A stretch of DNA of 64,000 bases from Patescibacteria group bacterium. GTDB lineage: Bacteria; Patescibacteriota; WWE3; UBA101185; UBA10185. Below the pieces are notes generated by a model that was not told where the DNA came from, did no database searches, and was given only the letters and a program-made list of their open reading frames with translations. The translations under genes and the position numbers were made by a program. Shown here in pieces: positions 39,195-50,496 of this stretch (position 1 is its first letter; every line of letters starts with the position of its first letter). Where the stretch lies: contig JBMORU010000001.1 of the NCBI GenBank assembly GCA_049322215.1, positions 516,023-580,022 of the forward strand. Reading direction: 5' to 3'.

Positions 39195-40313
39195 ATGAAA
39201 GTTGTAATAGTAACACCCACATATAATGAACGTGAAAATATAGGCCGTATAATAGAGACGGTTGCTGGTGTTGCAAAAGAACTTAGTACACATGATTTGA
39301 TTTTACTTGTAGTAGATGGTAATTCCCCGGATGGTACAAGTGAATATGTGACTTCTCTTTCAAAAACGTATCCATTTGTACATTTATTAAGAGAAAAAGA
39401 AAAAGCGGGATTAGGCGCAGCCTATGTTCAAGGTTTTAAATATGGAATGACTGAGCTAAATGCAGATGTGTTGGTTGAAATGGATGGTGATTTTCAGCAT
39501 GATCCTAAAGATATTGTTAAATTTGTTAACGCTATTGAGCAGGGTGCCGACTATGTTATTGGTTCAAGATATGTTTCAGGGGGTCGTATACCAAAAGAAT
39601 GGGCATTTTACAGAAAGTTTCTAAGTTGGGGCGGTAGCTTATTTTCCAAAGTTGTCTTAGGCATTTTCTCAATAAATGATTTTACTTCAGGTTATAAGGC
39701 ATCAAGAGTTAAGGGTTTTGTAGATAAATTAGATTTAGATTCCATAATGTCTCAGGGCTTTGCTTATAAAATTGACCTTCTTTTTAAAATGCACAAAATT
39801 GGTGCGAAATTTGTGGAGGTACCAATAGTTTTTGGGCTTAGGGACAGAGGGGATTCAAAAATGGAAAAGGGCAATTTTATGGATTCTTTAAAGGTTGTAA
39901 TTCTATTACGCATTAGAGATAATCCCAGTTTTTTTAAATTTTTAGTAGTTGGATTAGTTGGTTTAGGTGTTGACTTAGGTTTGTTTAATGTTTTACGGGT
40001 AACGCTTTTAAGTTCGGAATATGCTAGTGCTTTTTCTGGTTTTATAGCCATGTTGACTACCTACATTCTTAACAATGCTTGGTCATTTAATGATAGAAAA
40101 ATTAATTCATTAAAGGGTAAGTTAACTTCTTTACCTTTTTACATATTAGTGTCTTATATTCCAATTTTATTAAGGAGTATACTAGTTAAATATTCTATAC
40201 TTTATTTAGGTGATACTTGGTACATATCAAATAGCGCCTTTTTCGTTGGTGTTTTATTTGGTATTGCGTGGAATTACACCATATACAATAAGGTAATATG
40301 GAGGAAAAAATAA
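39195..40313 (+). CDS. polyprenol-phosphate sugar synthase (GT2, Ppm1/DPM1-like) fused to GtrA
   Basis: PTYNERENI, SPDGT, GLGAAY, MDGDFQHDP, GSRYV.GG; C-terminal KF..VG..G..VD...LN..WSF. Confidence 0.9.
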   Translation: MKVVIVTPTYNERENIGRIIETVAGVAKELSTHDLILLVVDGNSPDGTSEYVTSLSKTYPFVHLLREKEKAGLGAAYVQGFKYGMTELNADVLVEMDGDFQHDPKDIVKFVNAIEQGADYVIGSRYVSGGRIPKEWAFYRKFLSWGGSLFSKVVLGIFSINDFTSGYKASRVKGFVDKLDLDSIMSQGFAYKIDLLFKMHKIGAKFVEVPIVFGLRDRGDSKMEKGNFMDSLKVVILLRIRDNPSFFKFLVVGLVGLGVDLGLFNVLRVTLLSSEYASAFSGFIAMLTTYILNNAWSFNDRKINSLKGKLTSLPFYILVSYIPILLRSILVKYSILYLGDTWYISNSAFFVGVLFGIAWNYTIYNKVIWRKK

Positions 40314-40314
40314 A

Positions 40315-41067
40315 ATGACAGAGTTTTCTATAGTTATTCCTGCATACAATGAGGAATCAAGAATTATTAGCACTTTAACGCAAACTATTAATTTTATGAA
40401 TTCCTTTTCAGATGCTTTTGAAATAATAGTAGTCGATGATGGAAGCAGTGACTCAACAGTAGATATTGTTTCGAAATATGCAAAAGAGCGTTCCAACATA
40501 AAATTAATACAGAATTCTCATAAAGGTAAGGGCTATGCTGTGAGAACAGGGGTATTAAATGCCCTTGGGGAATATATATTGCTTTCCGATGCCGATATGG
40601 CAACTCCAATTGAAGAACTAAAGCGACTGCACGTGTGGATGAAAGATAGCGATTTTGATGTTGTTATCGCATCTAGAGAGGGTGTTGGCGCTCGAAGAAA
40701 TAAAGAACCGTTTATTCGTCACTTAATGGGTCGAATTTTTAATATGATGATTCGTTTACTATTGGTGCCTGAAATTCAAGATACCCAATGTGGGTTCAAG
40801 CTTTTTAAGAAAAAAGCTGCCTATGATATTTTTAGGCGTTTGGTTTTATACGGAGAAAATGCTAAAGAACTTAAACATCCACGCGTAACTGCTTTTGATG
40901 TAGAAGTTTTGTTTGTTGCAAGAAAACTAAACTATCGCATCAAAGAAGTTCCTGTGACATGGACATATGATGCCGGCACAAAAGTAAATAAAATAAGAGA
41001 CTCTATAGTCAATTTTATTGACATTCTCACTATAAAAGTAAATTCCTTGCAAGGCAAATACAATTAG
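40315..41067 (+). CDS. polyprenol-phosphate glucosyltransferase-like GT2 (Alg5-like)
   Basis: IPAYNEE.RI, GKGYAVRTG, DADMATP, DTQCGFKLF, FDVE. Confidence 0.9.
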   Translation: MTEFSIVIPAYNEESRIISTLTQTINFMNSFSDAFEIIVVDDGSSDSTVDIVSKYAKERSNIKLIQNSHKGKGYAVRTGVLNALGEYILLSDADMATPIEELKRLHVWMKDSDFDVVIASREGVGARRNKEPFIRHLMGRIFNMMIRLLLVPEIQDTQCGFKLFKKKAAYDIFRRLVLYGENAKELKHPRVTAFDVEVLFVARKLNYRIKEVPVTWTYDAGTKVNKIRDSIVNFIDILTIKVNSLQGKYN

Positions 41068-41121
41068 TAAGCTTAAGTGCTTTACTAATAGGTGGTACAT
41101 AGTTTAGAATCTAATCCCGTT

Positions 41122-42492
41122 ATGAAACTTTGTGTAATTGGTACAGGTTATGTAGGTTTAGTTGGTGCCGCGATTTTCGCGGACTGGGGTAACGAAGTAG
41201 TTGGTGTTGATATTGACGCTACCAAAATTAAAAAAATCCAGGAGGGCATTATGCCTATTTATGAGCCTGGTCTTAAATCCATAGTTTTAGACAACATAAA
41301 ATCAGGACGTTTAAAGTTTACTACAAAGCTTAAAGCAGGCATGAAAGATGCAGATATAGTTTTTATATGCGTTGGTACTCCTCAAAGCGATACCGGAGCT
41401 GCCGACTTATCTTTTGTAACTACTGTTGCCAAAGATATTGGTAAAAACTTGGTACCTGGTGAATACAAACTAGTAGTAACAAAAAGTACTGTTCCTGTTG
41501 GGACTAATGAGTACGTAAAATCTATTATTTCAAAAAATGCGCATAAAGATGCCGAATTTGATATAGCTTCCAATCCTGAATTTTTACGTGAGGGTTATTC
41601 TGTGGAGGATATGCGCAACACCGATAGAACCGTAATTGGTTTTGAAACCGAACGTGCCGGTAAATTGTTGCATAAACTATACCATCATTTGCTATCTCCA
41701 ATTGTAGACTGTGATTTGCGTTCCGCGGAGATGATTAAATATGCTTCTAATGCTTTTCTGGCGACAAAAATATCTTTTATAAATGAAATAGCACAACTTT
41801 GTGAGCGCGCGGGTGCCGATGTAGACTTAGTTTCAAAAGGTATGGGTTTAGATAGCCGAATTGGCTCAAGGTTTTTGCAAGCAAGTACTGGTTATGGAGG
41901 AAGTTGCTTTCCCAAAGATGTGGCTGCTTTATACAAAACCTCAAGTGATCAAGCATATGACTTTAAACTTTTGCGCGGTGTTATGGAGGTTAATGAACGT
42001 CAAAAAGAGTTTTTTGTACATAAAATCACCAAGTTTTTAGGTGAGAACTTGTCAGGTAAAACCATTGCATGCTTAGGGTTGGCATTTAAAGAAAATACAG
42101 ATGACACTAGAGAGTCTGTAGCAATCAGTATTGTACAGATGTTACGCGGTAAAGGGGCACACATACGAGCTTTTGATCCTGCGGCAAACGAGAACGCAAA
42201 AAAAATTCTGGGTGAAGGTCAAATTCACTATGCTACAAGTATTGGGGATGCCCTAAAAGGATCGGATGTGCTTTGCATTTTAACTCCTTGGGATGATTTT
42301 AGAGGTTTGACTACGGAAGAATTACTTCAACTAAATGATAAAGTTGTATTTGACGGTCGTAATTTACTTGATAAGGACGAAATACAGGAAGTTGGAATTA
42401 TGTACTTTGCTATAGGTAAAAGAACCAACGGAAGCGAAGAAATATCCCGAAGTGGGCCGTACGCTATTTTAAATGGTGATAAACTTAAGTAA
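41122..42492 (+). CDS. ugd: UDP-glucose 6-dehydrogenase
   Basis: GTGYVG, NPEFLREG, KYASNAFLA.KISF.NE, GGSCFPKD; ATG 41122 preferred. Confidence 0.95.
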   Translation: MKLCVIGTGYVGLVGAAIFADWGNEVVGVDIDATKIKKIQEGIMPIYEPGLKSIVLDNIKSGRLKFTTKLKAGMKDADIVFICVGTPQSDTGAADLSFVTTVAKDIGKNLVPGEYKLVVTKSTVPVGTNEYVKSIISKNAHKDAEFDIASNPEFLREGYSVEDMRNTDRTVIGFETERAGKLLHKLYHHLLSPIVDCDLRSAEMIKYASNAFLATKISFINEIAQLCERAGADVDLVSKGMGLDSRIGSRFLQASTGYGGSCFPKDVAALYKTSSDQAYDFKLLRGVMEVNERQKEFFVHKITKFLGENLSGKTIACLGLAFKENTDDTRESVAISIVQMLRGKGAHIRAFDPAANENAKKILGEGQIHYATSIGDALKGSDVLCILTPWDDFRGLTTEELLQLNDKVVFDGRNLLDKDEIQEVGIMYFAIGKRTNGSEEISRSGPYAILNGDKLK

Positions 42493-42501
42493 ACTTGTCT
42501 C

Positions 42502-43725
42502 ATGAAGACTGTTCTTTATTTTATACCTGAATTTCCCCGAATTTCTGAAACTTTCATTGAAAGAGAAGTAGCTCATTTGCTGAATAATCCTGAAATTGAT
42601 TTGCATGTGTTTTCTTTACAAAAAGCATCTGGAAGCACTAGCGCTGCTGTGCTGAAAAAAACTACCTATAAAAGACTAAAGATTAAACATTTACCTCGTT
42701 TATTTGTATTTTTTGTAAAAAATGTGCACAAGTTACCCTTACTTATAAATTTGGCATCCGGTCCTGATAGGTTATCTTACTTAAGAAGGTATTGGCATGT
42801 TATTAAGTCTTTTGGTTATGCTATGTTTTTTAGCGAATTTTCCCCAGATCATATTCATGCGCATTTCTTTTCTGAACCATCAAACATTGCAATGTTTGCA
42901 TCAAAAATTTTGAACGTGCCATTTAGTGTTTCTGCCCATGCAAGAGATATTTTTGTAGATGCAACCTTACTGCCTATAAAAGCAAAAGAAGCTAAATTTG
43001 TTGCCATTTGTAACCAAAGAGCCTGGGGTAGAGCTTTAGAACTAGTTGGAAATGAGTATAGGCATAAGTTACATATGATTTACCATGGTATAGACCATGA
43101 AAAGATATTTTCATTTCCTCCTAGCTTAGATAAACCCGCCAAACCAGTCATATTTCTTGGAGGTACGCGTTTGGTAGAAAAGAAAGGGATTAAATATGTA
43201 ATCGAAGCTTCCAAATTGTTGAAGGAACGCGGCATTGATCATGTAGTTAATTTGGTAGGTCCCGGACCATTATTTAAAGAGTTGTCAGAATTAATTACAC
43301 ACTTAGGTTTGGAAGACACCGTTATTATACATGGTGGTGGAAACGGAACCCCGTTTGCTGTAGTAGCAGATCACTACAAAATTGCCGATATATTTGTATT
43401 TCCTTCATTTGAAACTGGTGAAGGAGATATGGATGGTGTGCCAACCGTTGTAATAGAAGCATCTATGGCAAAACTTCCAATTATTACTACAAATGCAGGT
43501 AGTATTTCAGACTTAATTACCCGTGAGAATGGCATAATAATTCCTCAAAAGAATTCTCAAGCTATTGCAAATGCTATAGAGGAATTGCTTTTAAACCCTG
43601 AGTTACGTGAAAGCTTAGGTAAAAAAGCATATGAAAAAGCAGTTAAGATGTTTGACATAAATAAAAACATATCAACTCTTGCTTCCTATTTTCTTCAGAA
43701 AACAAAAGCTAAGGATTTTTGTTAA
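42502..43725 (+). CDS. GT4 glycosyltransferase (WcaL-like)
   Basis: FPRISETFI, HIHAHF, AHARD, RLVEKKG, GD.DG.P.V.IEA. Confidence 0.9.
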   Translation: MKTVLYFIPEFPRISETFIEREVAHLLNNPEIDLHVFSLQKASGSTSAAVLKKTTYKRLKIKHLPRLFVFFVKNVHKLPLLINLASGPDRLSYLRRYWHVIKSFGYAMFFSEFSPDHIHAHFFSEPSNIAMFASKILNVPFSVSAHARDIFVDATLLPIKAKEAKFVAICNQRAWGRALELVGNEYRHKLHMIYHGIDHEKIFSFPPSLDKPAKPVIFLGGTRLVEKKGIKYVIEASKLLKERGIDHVVNLVGPGPLFKELSELITHLGLEDTVIIHGGGNGTPFAVVADHYKIADIFVFPSFETGEGDMDGVPTVVIEASMAKLPIITTNAGSISDLITRENGIIIPQKNSQAIANAIEELLLNPELRESLGKKAYEKAVKMFDINKNISTLASYFLQKTKAKDFC

Positions 43726-43735
43726 AATACATACC

Positions 43736-44932
43736 ATGAGAATAGCTGTGTTTATAAAGAACACTACACTACATAGTACATATGGCGGTTTAGAGACCCA
43801 AAATAAAGTTTTATGTGAGTCTTTAGCTAAATTTGGTCACGAAGTATATGTTTTTGCTCCGAAAAAGGGTCTTTCCCTTGAAGAGAAAGTTGAAAACAAC
43901 GTTAATTATATATTTGTTCCTGCAATTTTTAAGAGATTCAGCTATTTATACTCTTTGAGTGGTGAAAGTTGGATAAATAAATCCTATTCAGTTTTTGCCC
44001 ATACTAATGCACAAAAGAAATTTGATATAGTTGTTAGTCAGAGCTCTGCGGGATTAGGAATAATTAAACATAAAAATGTACTTGAAGTTCCAATAGTTGC
44101 TATAGCACACGGATCAAAAATGGGCGAGCTTAAAACCCGGTTACGAGAACTTAGTTCTTTTAAGGAAGTTTGCCGATTAGGTATAGATATTCCACATATA
44201 TTTCGAGCATTCTTTATTACCCAGCGTGAATTTGTTTTAGGGTCAAACAAAATTGTGGCAGTATCAAATGCTGTTAAAGTGGCGCTGATTGAAGAAACAT
44301 TTATAAACGATTCTAAAGTTGAGGTTATACACAACGGATTAGATCCCGAGCTTTTCTCCTTTAAAAAGAGCAGCGCTCATAAGTTTACTCGTTTGCTTTA
44401 CGTTGGGAGGCTTGAGCAGTCAAAGGGAATTCATATTTTACTAAAAGCAATAAGCTCTAAAAAAATTGATAATGTAATTTTAACTATTATTGGGTCTGGG
44501 CCTTATGAAAAGCAACTTAAGCATTTAGTCAAAGAGTTAGACTTATATAATGTGGTGAGTTTCAAAGGTAGCCTTCCGCATGATAAGGTAATAAATGAAT
44601 ATGCTGAGGCTGACATTTTTATACTTCCTTCTTTGAGAGTAGAAGGATTTCCTATGACCTTGGTAGAAGCTATGCTTTCTGGGTTGCCGATTATTGCTTC
44701 AAATATAGGTGGGAATTCTGATGCCGTGACAAATGAGGAAACTGGTTTTTTAGTTACTCCTGGAGAAACTAAAGAGTTAAGAGATCGTATTCATGCCCTA
44801 GTTAGTTCACCTAAATTGCAGAAGCAGTTTGGTAAAAATGGTAGAATGATAGCCCGAAGTCATTTTTCAGTAAACATTATGACCAAGAAGTATTTAGATG
44901 TATTTAAGGACCTAATAAATGAAAATTCTTAG
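43736..44932 (+). CDS. GT4 glycosyltransferase
   Basis: GG.E, VIHNG, GRL..SKG, EGFPM..VEAM; ATG 43736 follows TGtTAAAAT-N7. Confidence 0.92.
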   Translation: MRIAVFIKNTTLHSTYGGLETQNKVLCESLAKFGHEVYVFAPKKGLSLEEKVENNVNYIFVPAIFKRFSYLYSLSGESWINKSYSVFAHTNAQKKFDIVVSQSSAGLGIIKHKNVLEVPIVAIAHGSKMGELKTRLRELSSFKEVCRLGIDIPHIFRAFFITQREFVLGSNKIVAVSNAVKVALIEETFINDSKVEVIHNGLDPELFSFKKSSAHKFTRLLYVGRLEQSKGIHILLKAISSKKIDNVILTIIGSGPYEKQLKHLVKELDLYNVVSFKGSLPHDKVINEYAEADIFILPSLRVEGFPMTLVEAMLSGLPIIASNIGGNSDAVTNEETGFLVTPGETKELRDRIHALVSSPKLQKQFGKNGRMIARSHFSVNIMTKKYLDVFKDLINENS

Positions 44933-46127
44933 AATTATTTACGAGTGGCCCCCTCCGTGGGATGGGTTAACCGCACACCCATACGAGCTTACTGTGTCGC
45001 AAAGCAAATTGGGGCATGAAATTGAAATAATTTGTGGAAGATGGCCTCGTGCTGGTGATATAGAGCAAGTAAAAAATGTAAAACTACATCCTTTAATTAG
45101 AGAACCTTTAAATGGTTTGCTTTTAATTACGGTTGCTCCTTTGGTTTTGTTTAAATATTTATCAGTTTCCAGGCGTTTTAAACCTGATGTTGTTCACATT
45201 CACGGGCACTTTGGTTTATATGTGTACTTGTATAGAACCTTTTTAGGTAAGTTTTATAAAAAAAGCTTAGAGTTAAGTGTTCCCATAGTTTCACACTTTC
45301 ATAATACTGTCGCCGGAAGATGGGAAGCCTCTCGTGAAAATAATATCGAACTCAAGCCTTTAACTAAATTGGTACATTGGCCTTTAGCAAAAGTTTCCGA
45401 TTCATTGGCAGTTAAACATGCTTCTGCTTGTGTTTTTGTTAGCGAGGCAACTAAGCAAGAGGCAATAAAGCACTATAATGCTTCTCCCGAAAAATGTTTT
45501 GTCGTAGAAACTGGGGTAAATCCCATTTTGTTTTCGAGGGTTTCTCAAGAGGAGAAAGAAAAAACACGAAAAGACTTAGGGTTAGATAATTACGATAAGG
45601 TGATTTTAAATAATGGAGCCATGGTCGAAAGAAAAAACATACACTTGCTAGTAGAGGCGTTAAAACATCTTCCCATAGAATATAAATTACTTCTTGTTGG
45701 CCCTGGAGATCCTGACTATATGTATAAACTAGATACATTAATAGCTGACAACCAACTTAATCATCGTGTAGTAAAAGTGGGCTATACTCCGTACCCTAAT
45801 GTTCCTATTGCATTTCAAGCAGCCGATATATTTGTTTTACCATCAGGTTGGGAGGGTCTTCCAAAAGTTGTAATGCAAAGTCTTGCTTGTGCTGTTCCCA
45901 CTCTTGCATCTGGGTTTAAGTTGGCAAATCCCGTTGAGGGTTTATTTTATATACAAGAGCTTACTCCCGAAACTATTGCACGCCAAATAAAACAAATAGT
46001 TGAGGATGATCCATTTGTTGATTCAAATACAATTGCGTTGCACTATTCCTGGGATACTAAGGCACAGCAACTTGAGCAGGTTTATCAGTTTGTTCTTAAT
46101 CAAGACACCAATGTTCAACCTCAATAA
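44919..46127 (+). CDS. GT4 glycosyltransferase
   Basis: DVVHIH, GV....F, RKN, ADIFVLPS.WEGLP. Confidence 0.9.
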   Translation: MKILRIIYEWPPPWDGLTAHPYELTVSQSKLGHEIEIICGRWPRAGDIEQVKNVKLHPLIREPLNGLLLITVAPLVLFKYLSVSRRFKPDVVHIHGHFGLYVYLYRTFLGKFYKKSLELSVPIVSHFHNTVAGRWEASRENNIELKPLTKLVHWPLAKVSDSLAVKHASACVFVSEATKQEAIKHYNASPEKCFVVETGVNPILFSRVSQEEKEKTRKDLGLDNYDKVILNNGAMVERKNIHLLVEALKHLPIEYKLLLVGPGDPDYMYKLDTLIADNQLNHRVVKVGYTPYPNVPIAFQAADIFVLPSGWEGLPKVVMQSLACAVPTLASGFKLANPVEGLFYIQELTPETIARQIKQIVEDDPFVDSNTIALHYSWDTKAQQLEQVYQFVLNQDTNVQPQ

Positions 46128-47691
46128 TTTATTTAAAAAGTTTCTATTTGTTTTCATACTTTTGCACTTAATTTTATTTAACATTAATGCTGCTGAGTGG
46201 GGTGATTCTTATCGAATTTTACGTGCATCTAATTATATTCGTGATTTTAGTTATCCTGCTGATGAAAAACGTCCTCCTTTATTTTCTTCAGCCTTAGCAA
46301 CTTATCCATCCTTTGTGGATCCTGTTGTTTGGGGTCGTTTTATTATGCTTATTATTAGTGTTCTGGCTTTATACTTTTCTTACAAGATCTTTAAGTACTT
46401 CAGGCCAACTTCTTCAACTTATGAAAATTTGCTTTATTTAATGTTAGTAGGATTAAATCCAGTTTATTTATACTGGTCTATAAGATTAATGGCAGATGTT
46501 CCTTTTTCTTTAATAGTACTAGTTAGTTTTTACTTGTATTTAACTTGGAGAAATGAAAACTCCGTTTTAAAACCTTTTATTGTAGGGTTGTTTGCGGCTT
46601 TATCGGTACTTACTCGTTTTGAAGGTTTTATTTTATTTGGCTCCTTAGGACTAGGGTATTTACTAAATAATGCCGATTTAAAAAACTTACTTAACAATAC
46701 AAAAAAGCGTTTTTATACTCTTTTAAGTTATGTATTTGGTTTTATTGCAGTTACATTTCCTTATTTCTTAATTCGCAATCCATTTACATCTTCTTACTTT
46801 GAAGAACCCGGACGTCGTTTATATGACATTAACACTGCTGCAATTTTTCTATTATCGTTAGTTTTCCTTTTTGGGTTTACAAGTGCTTTATTTTTTGTTT
46901 TGGCAGGATTAAATAATCACAAGTTATTAAGTCAAATTAAACAACTGTTTATTTCTATTCCTGGGTTGTTAGTTTTTATTTTAATTGAGACTACTCTTGT
47001 GCTTTTATGGCCTGCCGCAGTTCCAAGACTATTTGTTGCAATAATTCCGTTTATTGCTATTCCAATTGCTTACCTTATAAATGCTTATTTTGAAAATAGC
47101 AAAAAACCTAATTTGCGCGATCTTTTTCTTTTAGGTTTGTTACTTGGCGTATTTGTTTTGGGTCAATTTCACTATCGTTTACAGTTTTTGGTGGTAATGA
47201 AGTATGTCTTTGTTTTTGTTGTTATACTTCAACTTTTTAATATCTTCTTTATTTATTTAAAATTTTATAAAGGGTTTTTATTTACTTTATTTATGTCATT
47301 GCTTATATGGAGTTTTTCTTCTATTTGGATTCATAAGGATATATTTAGTGTAATAAAAGAAGCTAATGTGTTTGTAAACTCAAGGTTGTGTGGAACAATT
47401 GGTCATAATGATGTTAGCAGCGTTTCTGATTGGTATTTAAACCAATTGCAGCCTAATACAAACATTAGTGCCTGTAGAAAAGGTGTATATTTAGATATAA
47501 CTGATAAGTCCAATAGAGAATATGATGTTTTGTTAGAAAAGGGCATAGATTATATATTAGTAACTAATGAACATAATACGGACACAACAATAAACTTAAG
47601 CGAGTGGCCACATCTTGAAGAAATTGCAGAATTTGAAAAAACTGTGAATGGTAAAAGGTTTTTTACGAAAGTTATAAAATTTAACAGGTAA
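46111..47691 (+). CDS. GT-C (PMT/ArnT-like) membrane glycosyltransferase
   Basis: EWGDSY after TM1, KRPPL, ADVPF, LTRFEG; many TMs; ATG 46111 preferred. Confidence 0.78.
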   Translation: MFNLNNLFKKFLFVFILLHLILFNINAAEWGDSYRILRASNYIRDFSYPADEKRPPLFSSALATYPSFVDPVVWGRFIMLIISVLALYFSYKIFKYFRPTSSTYENLLYLMLVGLNPVYLYWSIRLMADVPFSLIVLVSFYLYLTWRNENSVLKPFIVGLFAALSVLTRFEGFILFGSLGLGYLLNNADLKNLLNNTKKRFYTLLSYVFGFIAVTFPYFLIRNPFTSSYFEEPGRRLYDINTAAIFLLSLVFLFGFTSALFFVLAGLNNHKLLSQIKQLFISIPGLLVFILIETTLVLLWPAAVPRLFVAIIPFIAIPIAYLINAYFENSKKPNLRDLFLLGLLLGVFVLGQFHYRLQFLVVMKYVFVFVVILQLFNIFFIYLKFYKGFLFTLFMSLLIWSFSSIWIHKDIFSVIKEANVFVNSRLCGTIGHNDVSSVSDWYLNQLQPNTNISACRKGVYLDITDKSNREYDVLLEKGIDYILVTNEHNTDTTINLSEWPHLEEIAEFEKTVNGKRFFTKVIKFNR

Positions 47692-47693
47692 AA

Positions 47694-48380
47694 ATGAAAT
47701 TATCGGTAGTTATTCCCGTTTACAATGAAAAGGAGACCTTACTAAAAATATTAAAAAAAGTAGAGGCTGTTGAAGGTCTTGATAAGGAGATTATTTTAGT
47801 TGACGATGCCTCAACTGATGGAAGTACTGAACTACTAAAAAAAATACAAAAGAAAAACCCTGAGTATAAAATAGTATTTAAGGAAATTAATAGTGGAAAA
47901 GGGGCAAGCTTGCGAGAAGGTTTCAAACGCACCACAGGAGATTACGTTATAGTTCAAGATGCTGATCTTGAATACTATCCTTCTGATTATTTAGTATTAT
48001 TACGCGCTTTAAATGAGAGTGGGGCGGATGTTATTTACGGCTCCAGATTTTCGGGAAATTATGAAGACATGTCTAGTTTGCATTACTTTGGTAATAAGTT
48101 TTTAACTATCATTACAAGTATTTTATTTGGAGTACTACTAACTGATATGGAGACATGTTATAAGTTACTACCTGGTAAATTTGCCCGAAACGTAGATATT
48201 AAGTCTAATAGGTTTAACTTTGAGCCTGAAATAACTGCTAAAATAATTAGAGCAGGGCTTCGCATAAAAGAAGTTCCTATTAAGTACAGTGGTAGATCTC
48301 ATTCTGAAGGTAAAAAAATAACTTGGCGCGATGGCTTTTCGGCGATTTATACTTTACTTAAGTTTAGATTTTTTAGTTAA
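47694..48380 (+). CDS. GT2 polyprenol-phosphate glycosyltransferase
   Basis: IPVYNE, GKGA, QDADLEY.P, YGSRF, TDMETCYK, FEPEITAK. Confidence 0.92.
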   Translation: MKLSVVIPVYNEKETLLKILKKVEAVEGLDKEIILVDDASTDGSTELLKKIQKKNPEYKIVFKEINSGKGASLREGFKRTTGDYVIVQDADLEYYPSDYLVLLRALNESGADVIYGSRFSGNYEDMSSLHYFGNKFLTIITSILFGVLLTDMETCYKLLPGKFARNVDIKSNRFNFEPEITAKIIRAGLRIKEVPIKYSGRSHSEGKKITWRDGFSAIYTLLKFRFFS

Positions 48381-48383
48381 ATT

Positions 48384-50471
48384 ATGTTTTTACGTAAATT
48401 ATTAAAACTAAGTAACAAATACATCCCATTTTTGGCGGTATTTGTTTATTCAGTCGGCATTTTTTTTATTGCACTAAGAATAAACATATTTAGATATAAC
48501 AACTTTGATTATGGAAAATTTGATTTGGGCAATATGACTCAAATGGTTTGGAATACAATGAATGGTCGTTTTATGATGCTTACTGACTTGTTTGGCACGA
48601 ATCTTCCTCGGTGGTCAATGAGTCATGTAGACCCAATTTTGGTGCTTTTTGTTCCAATTTTTGCTTTATTTCAATCACCCTTGACTTTAGTTATATCCCA
48701 ATTGATATTAGTGATATTTTCGTCGTTACTTATATATTTGATAGCAAACATAGAATTGAAATCAAAGTGGGCAGGTGCAGTTTTAGGAATATCCTTTTTG
48801 TTTTATCCAGCAGTGGGCTTTATTATTGCCTGGACCGGATTTCACGGCATATCCGCAGCAATCCCTTTTTTTCTTGGATCTTTTTACATATTAGAAAAAA
48901 TGTGCAAAGAAGAAAACTTTAGCTCACGTATGTTGGCCTTGTTTTGGATTTTAACTATTATTGCCATGTCAGGTAAAGAAGAAGTTTCTTTGTTTTATTT
49001 TGTTTTAGGCTTGTTTGTTTGGTTCATTAGAAAGAAAAAGAAATTTGGTTTGTTATTATCAGGTTTAGGCATTTTTTGGTTTTGTATGACCTTTTTCGTT
49101 ATAATTCCTCACTACGCACAACAGCGCATTGACGGATACAACGAATTTGCAAAGTCATTAGATTTGGTAGACGCAAACACGACTGACGTTGTAAACGACA
49201 ACTTCTTTTTAAGCCGTTATGAAGCGTTTGGTAGTTCTTACTCAGAAATAGCTGTAAACATGGTAAAAAGTCCTGATGAGGTGGTTCGTGTTATTTTCTC
49301 AGGAGATAAATCTGAAAATTTTAGTATGACTTTTGCACCCATGCTTTTTTTACCATTTTTATATTTACCTTTATTTGCTGTCGCATTACCTGAGCTATTT
49401 ATTAATTATTCAACTACTGCGGGTGGAATAGGGACTTCTGAAATATATAACCACAGAATTTCTCTTATAATTCCTGTTTTATTTATTGCAGCAATTTATG
49501 CAATTGGCTTACTAAGTCGTGTTTTTGGTAAAAACCAAGTAAGGAGAAAAATTATAATTCTCGCTCTTTCTTTGGGTGTTTTGGTTGGTAACGTTCAAAC
49601 TAGTTTTGCATATGAGAATCCAATATATTTATGGCTTACCCAGGCAGTGCAAAAAAGAGTTCCTGCTTTATTTGGTTCGTTAGTATTTGCTAAATCTGAT
49701 GAAATTTTAGCTAAAGAAACACTTAATATAGGCGATATAGTTAAATTATCCCCTGTAGAAGTAAAAGACAGAGAATGTGCTTTGCAAATTGTCAACTCTA
49801 TTCCAGAAGATGCTTCAGTTTCTGGGCCTGACTATTTAGGTGCTCACTTATCTATGCGTGAAACTTACGCTATTTTTCCGGCACTATATAAAGAGGCTGA
49901 TTACGTAATTGTAGACGTGTTTGCTGAGAAAATCTCTAGAATATTAGAGGTAGATAAATCATTAGTTAGAAACGTGGTTTCAGATATGATTACTAGTGGA
50001 AGATACAAGCTGACAGCTGCTTGTGGAAACTTATATGTGTTTGAGCATAAAAAAACCGAGGTGCTTGAATTACTTCCTCTTCAAGATGATTTTGATTACA
50101 CAGAAGAAGTCAACTTTGAAATGTTAAATACCTTGGCTGTTGTAGATTATTCGATTCCTGAGGAAATTATTCGTGAAGAACCAACTCATGCACAGTTTGT
50201 GTATATTAAAAGAGGGTCAGACTCACTAGATGGTTATGTGTTTTTTACCACTTTTGTTAATGAAGATACAGGAGATTTATATCAATTTGCTAATATTCCT
50301 TCGTATAGCTTAGAGCAACCTGCAGATTGGGAAGAAGAGCGTTACTATGTTGAAGATGTAGATTTAGTTTTACCTAAATACTTAAAGCCAGGTACTTATA
50401 AAGTTTTTGTAGGAATGAGTAACCGTATTAGAACACGCAGTGTTTACTTAGGAAATACTGAACTTCGGTAG
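48384..50471 (+). CDS. DUF2079-family membrane protein (GT-C-like) with C-terminal beta domain
   Basis: FDLG...Q.VWN...GR, H..PIL, FH, KEE, HLS.RE. Confidence 0.82.
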   Translation: MFLRKLLKLSNKYIPFLAVFVYSVGIFFIALRINIFRYNNFDYGKFDLGNMTQMVWNTMNGRFMMLTDLFGTNLPRWSMSHVDPILVLFVPIFALFQSPLTLVISQLILVIFSSLLIYLIANIELKSKWAGAVLGISFLFYPAVGFIIAWTGFHGISAAIPFFLGSFYILEKMCKEENFSSRMLALFWILTIIAMSGKEEVSLFYFVLGLFVWFIRKKKKFGLLLSGLGIFWFCMTFFVIIPHYAQQRIDGYNEFAKSLDLVDANTTDVVNDNFFLSRYEAFGSSYSEIAVNMVKSPDEVVRVIFSGDKSENFSMTFAPMLFLPFLYLPLFAVALPELFINYSTTAGGIGTSEIYNHRISLIIPVLFIAAIYAIGLLSRVFGKNQVRRKIIILALSLGVLVGNVQTSFAYENPIYLWLTQAVQKRVPALFGSLVFAKSDEILAKETLNIGDIVKLSPVEVKDRECALQIVNSIPEDASVSGPDYLGAHLSMRETYAIFPALYKEADYVIVDVFAEKISRILEVDKSLVRNVVSDMITSGRYKLTAACGNLYVFEHKKTEVLELLPLQDDFDYTEEVNFEMLNTLAVVDYSIPEEIIREEPTHAQFVYIKRGSDSLDGYVFFTTFVNEDTGDLYQFANIPSYSLEQPADWEEERYYVEDVDLVLPKYLKPGTYKVFVGMSNRIRTRSVYLGNTELR

Positions 50472-50496
50472 TGTTTGGGATTATAATGGCCAGAGT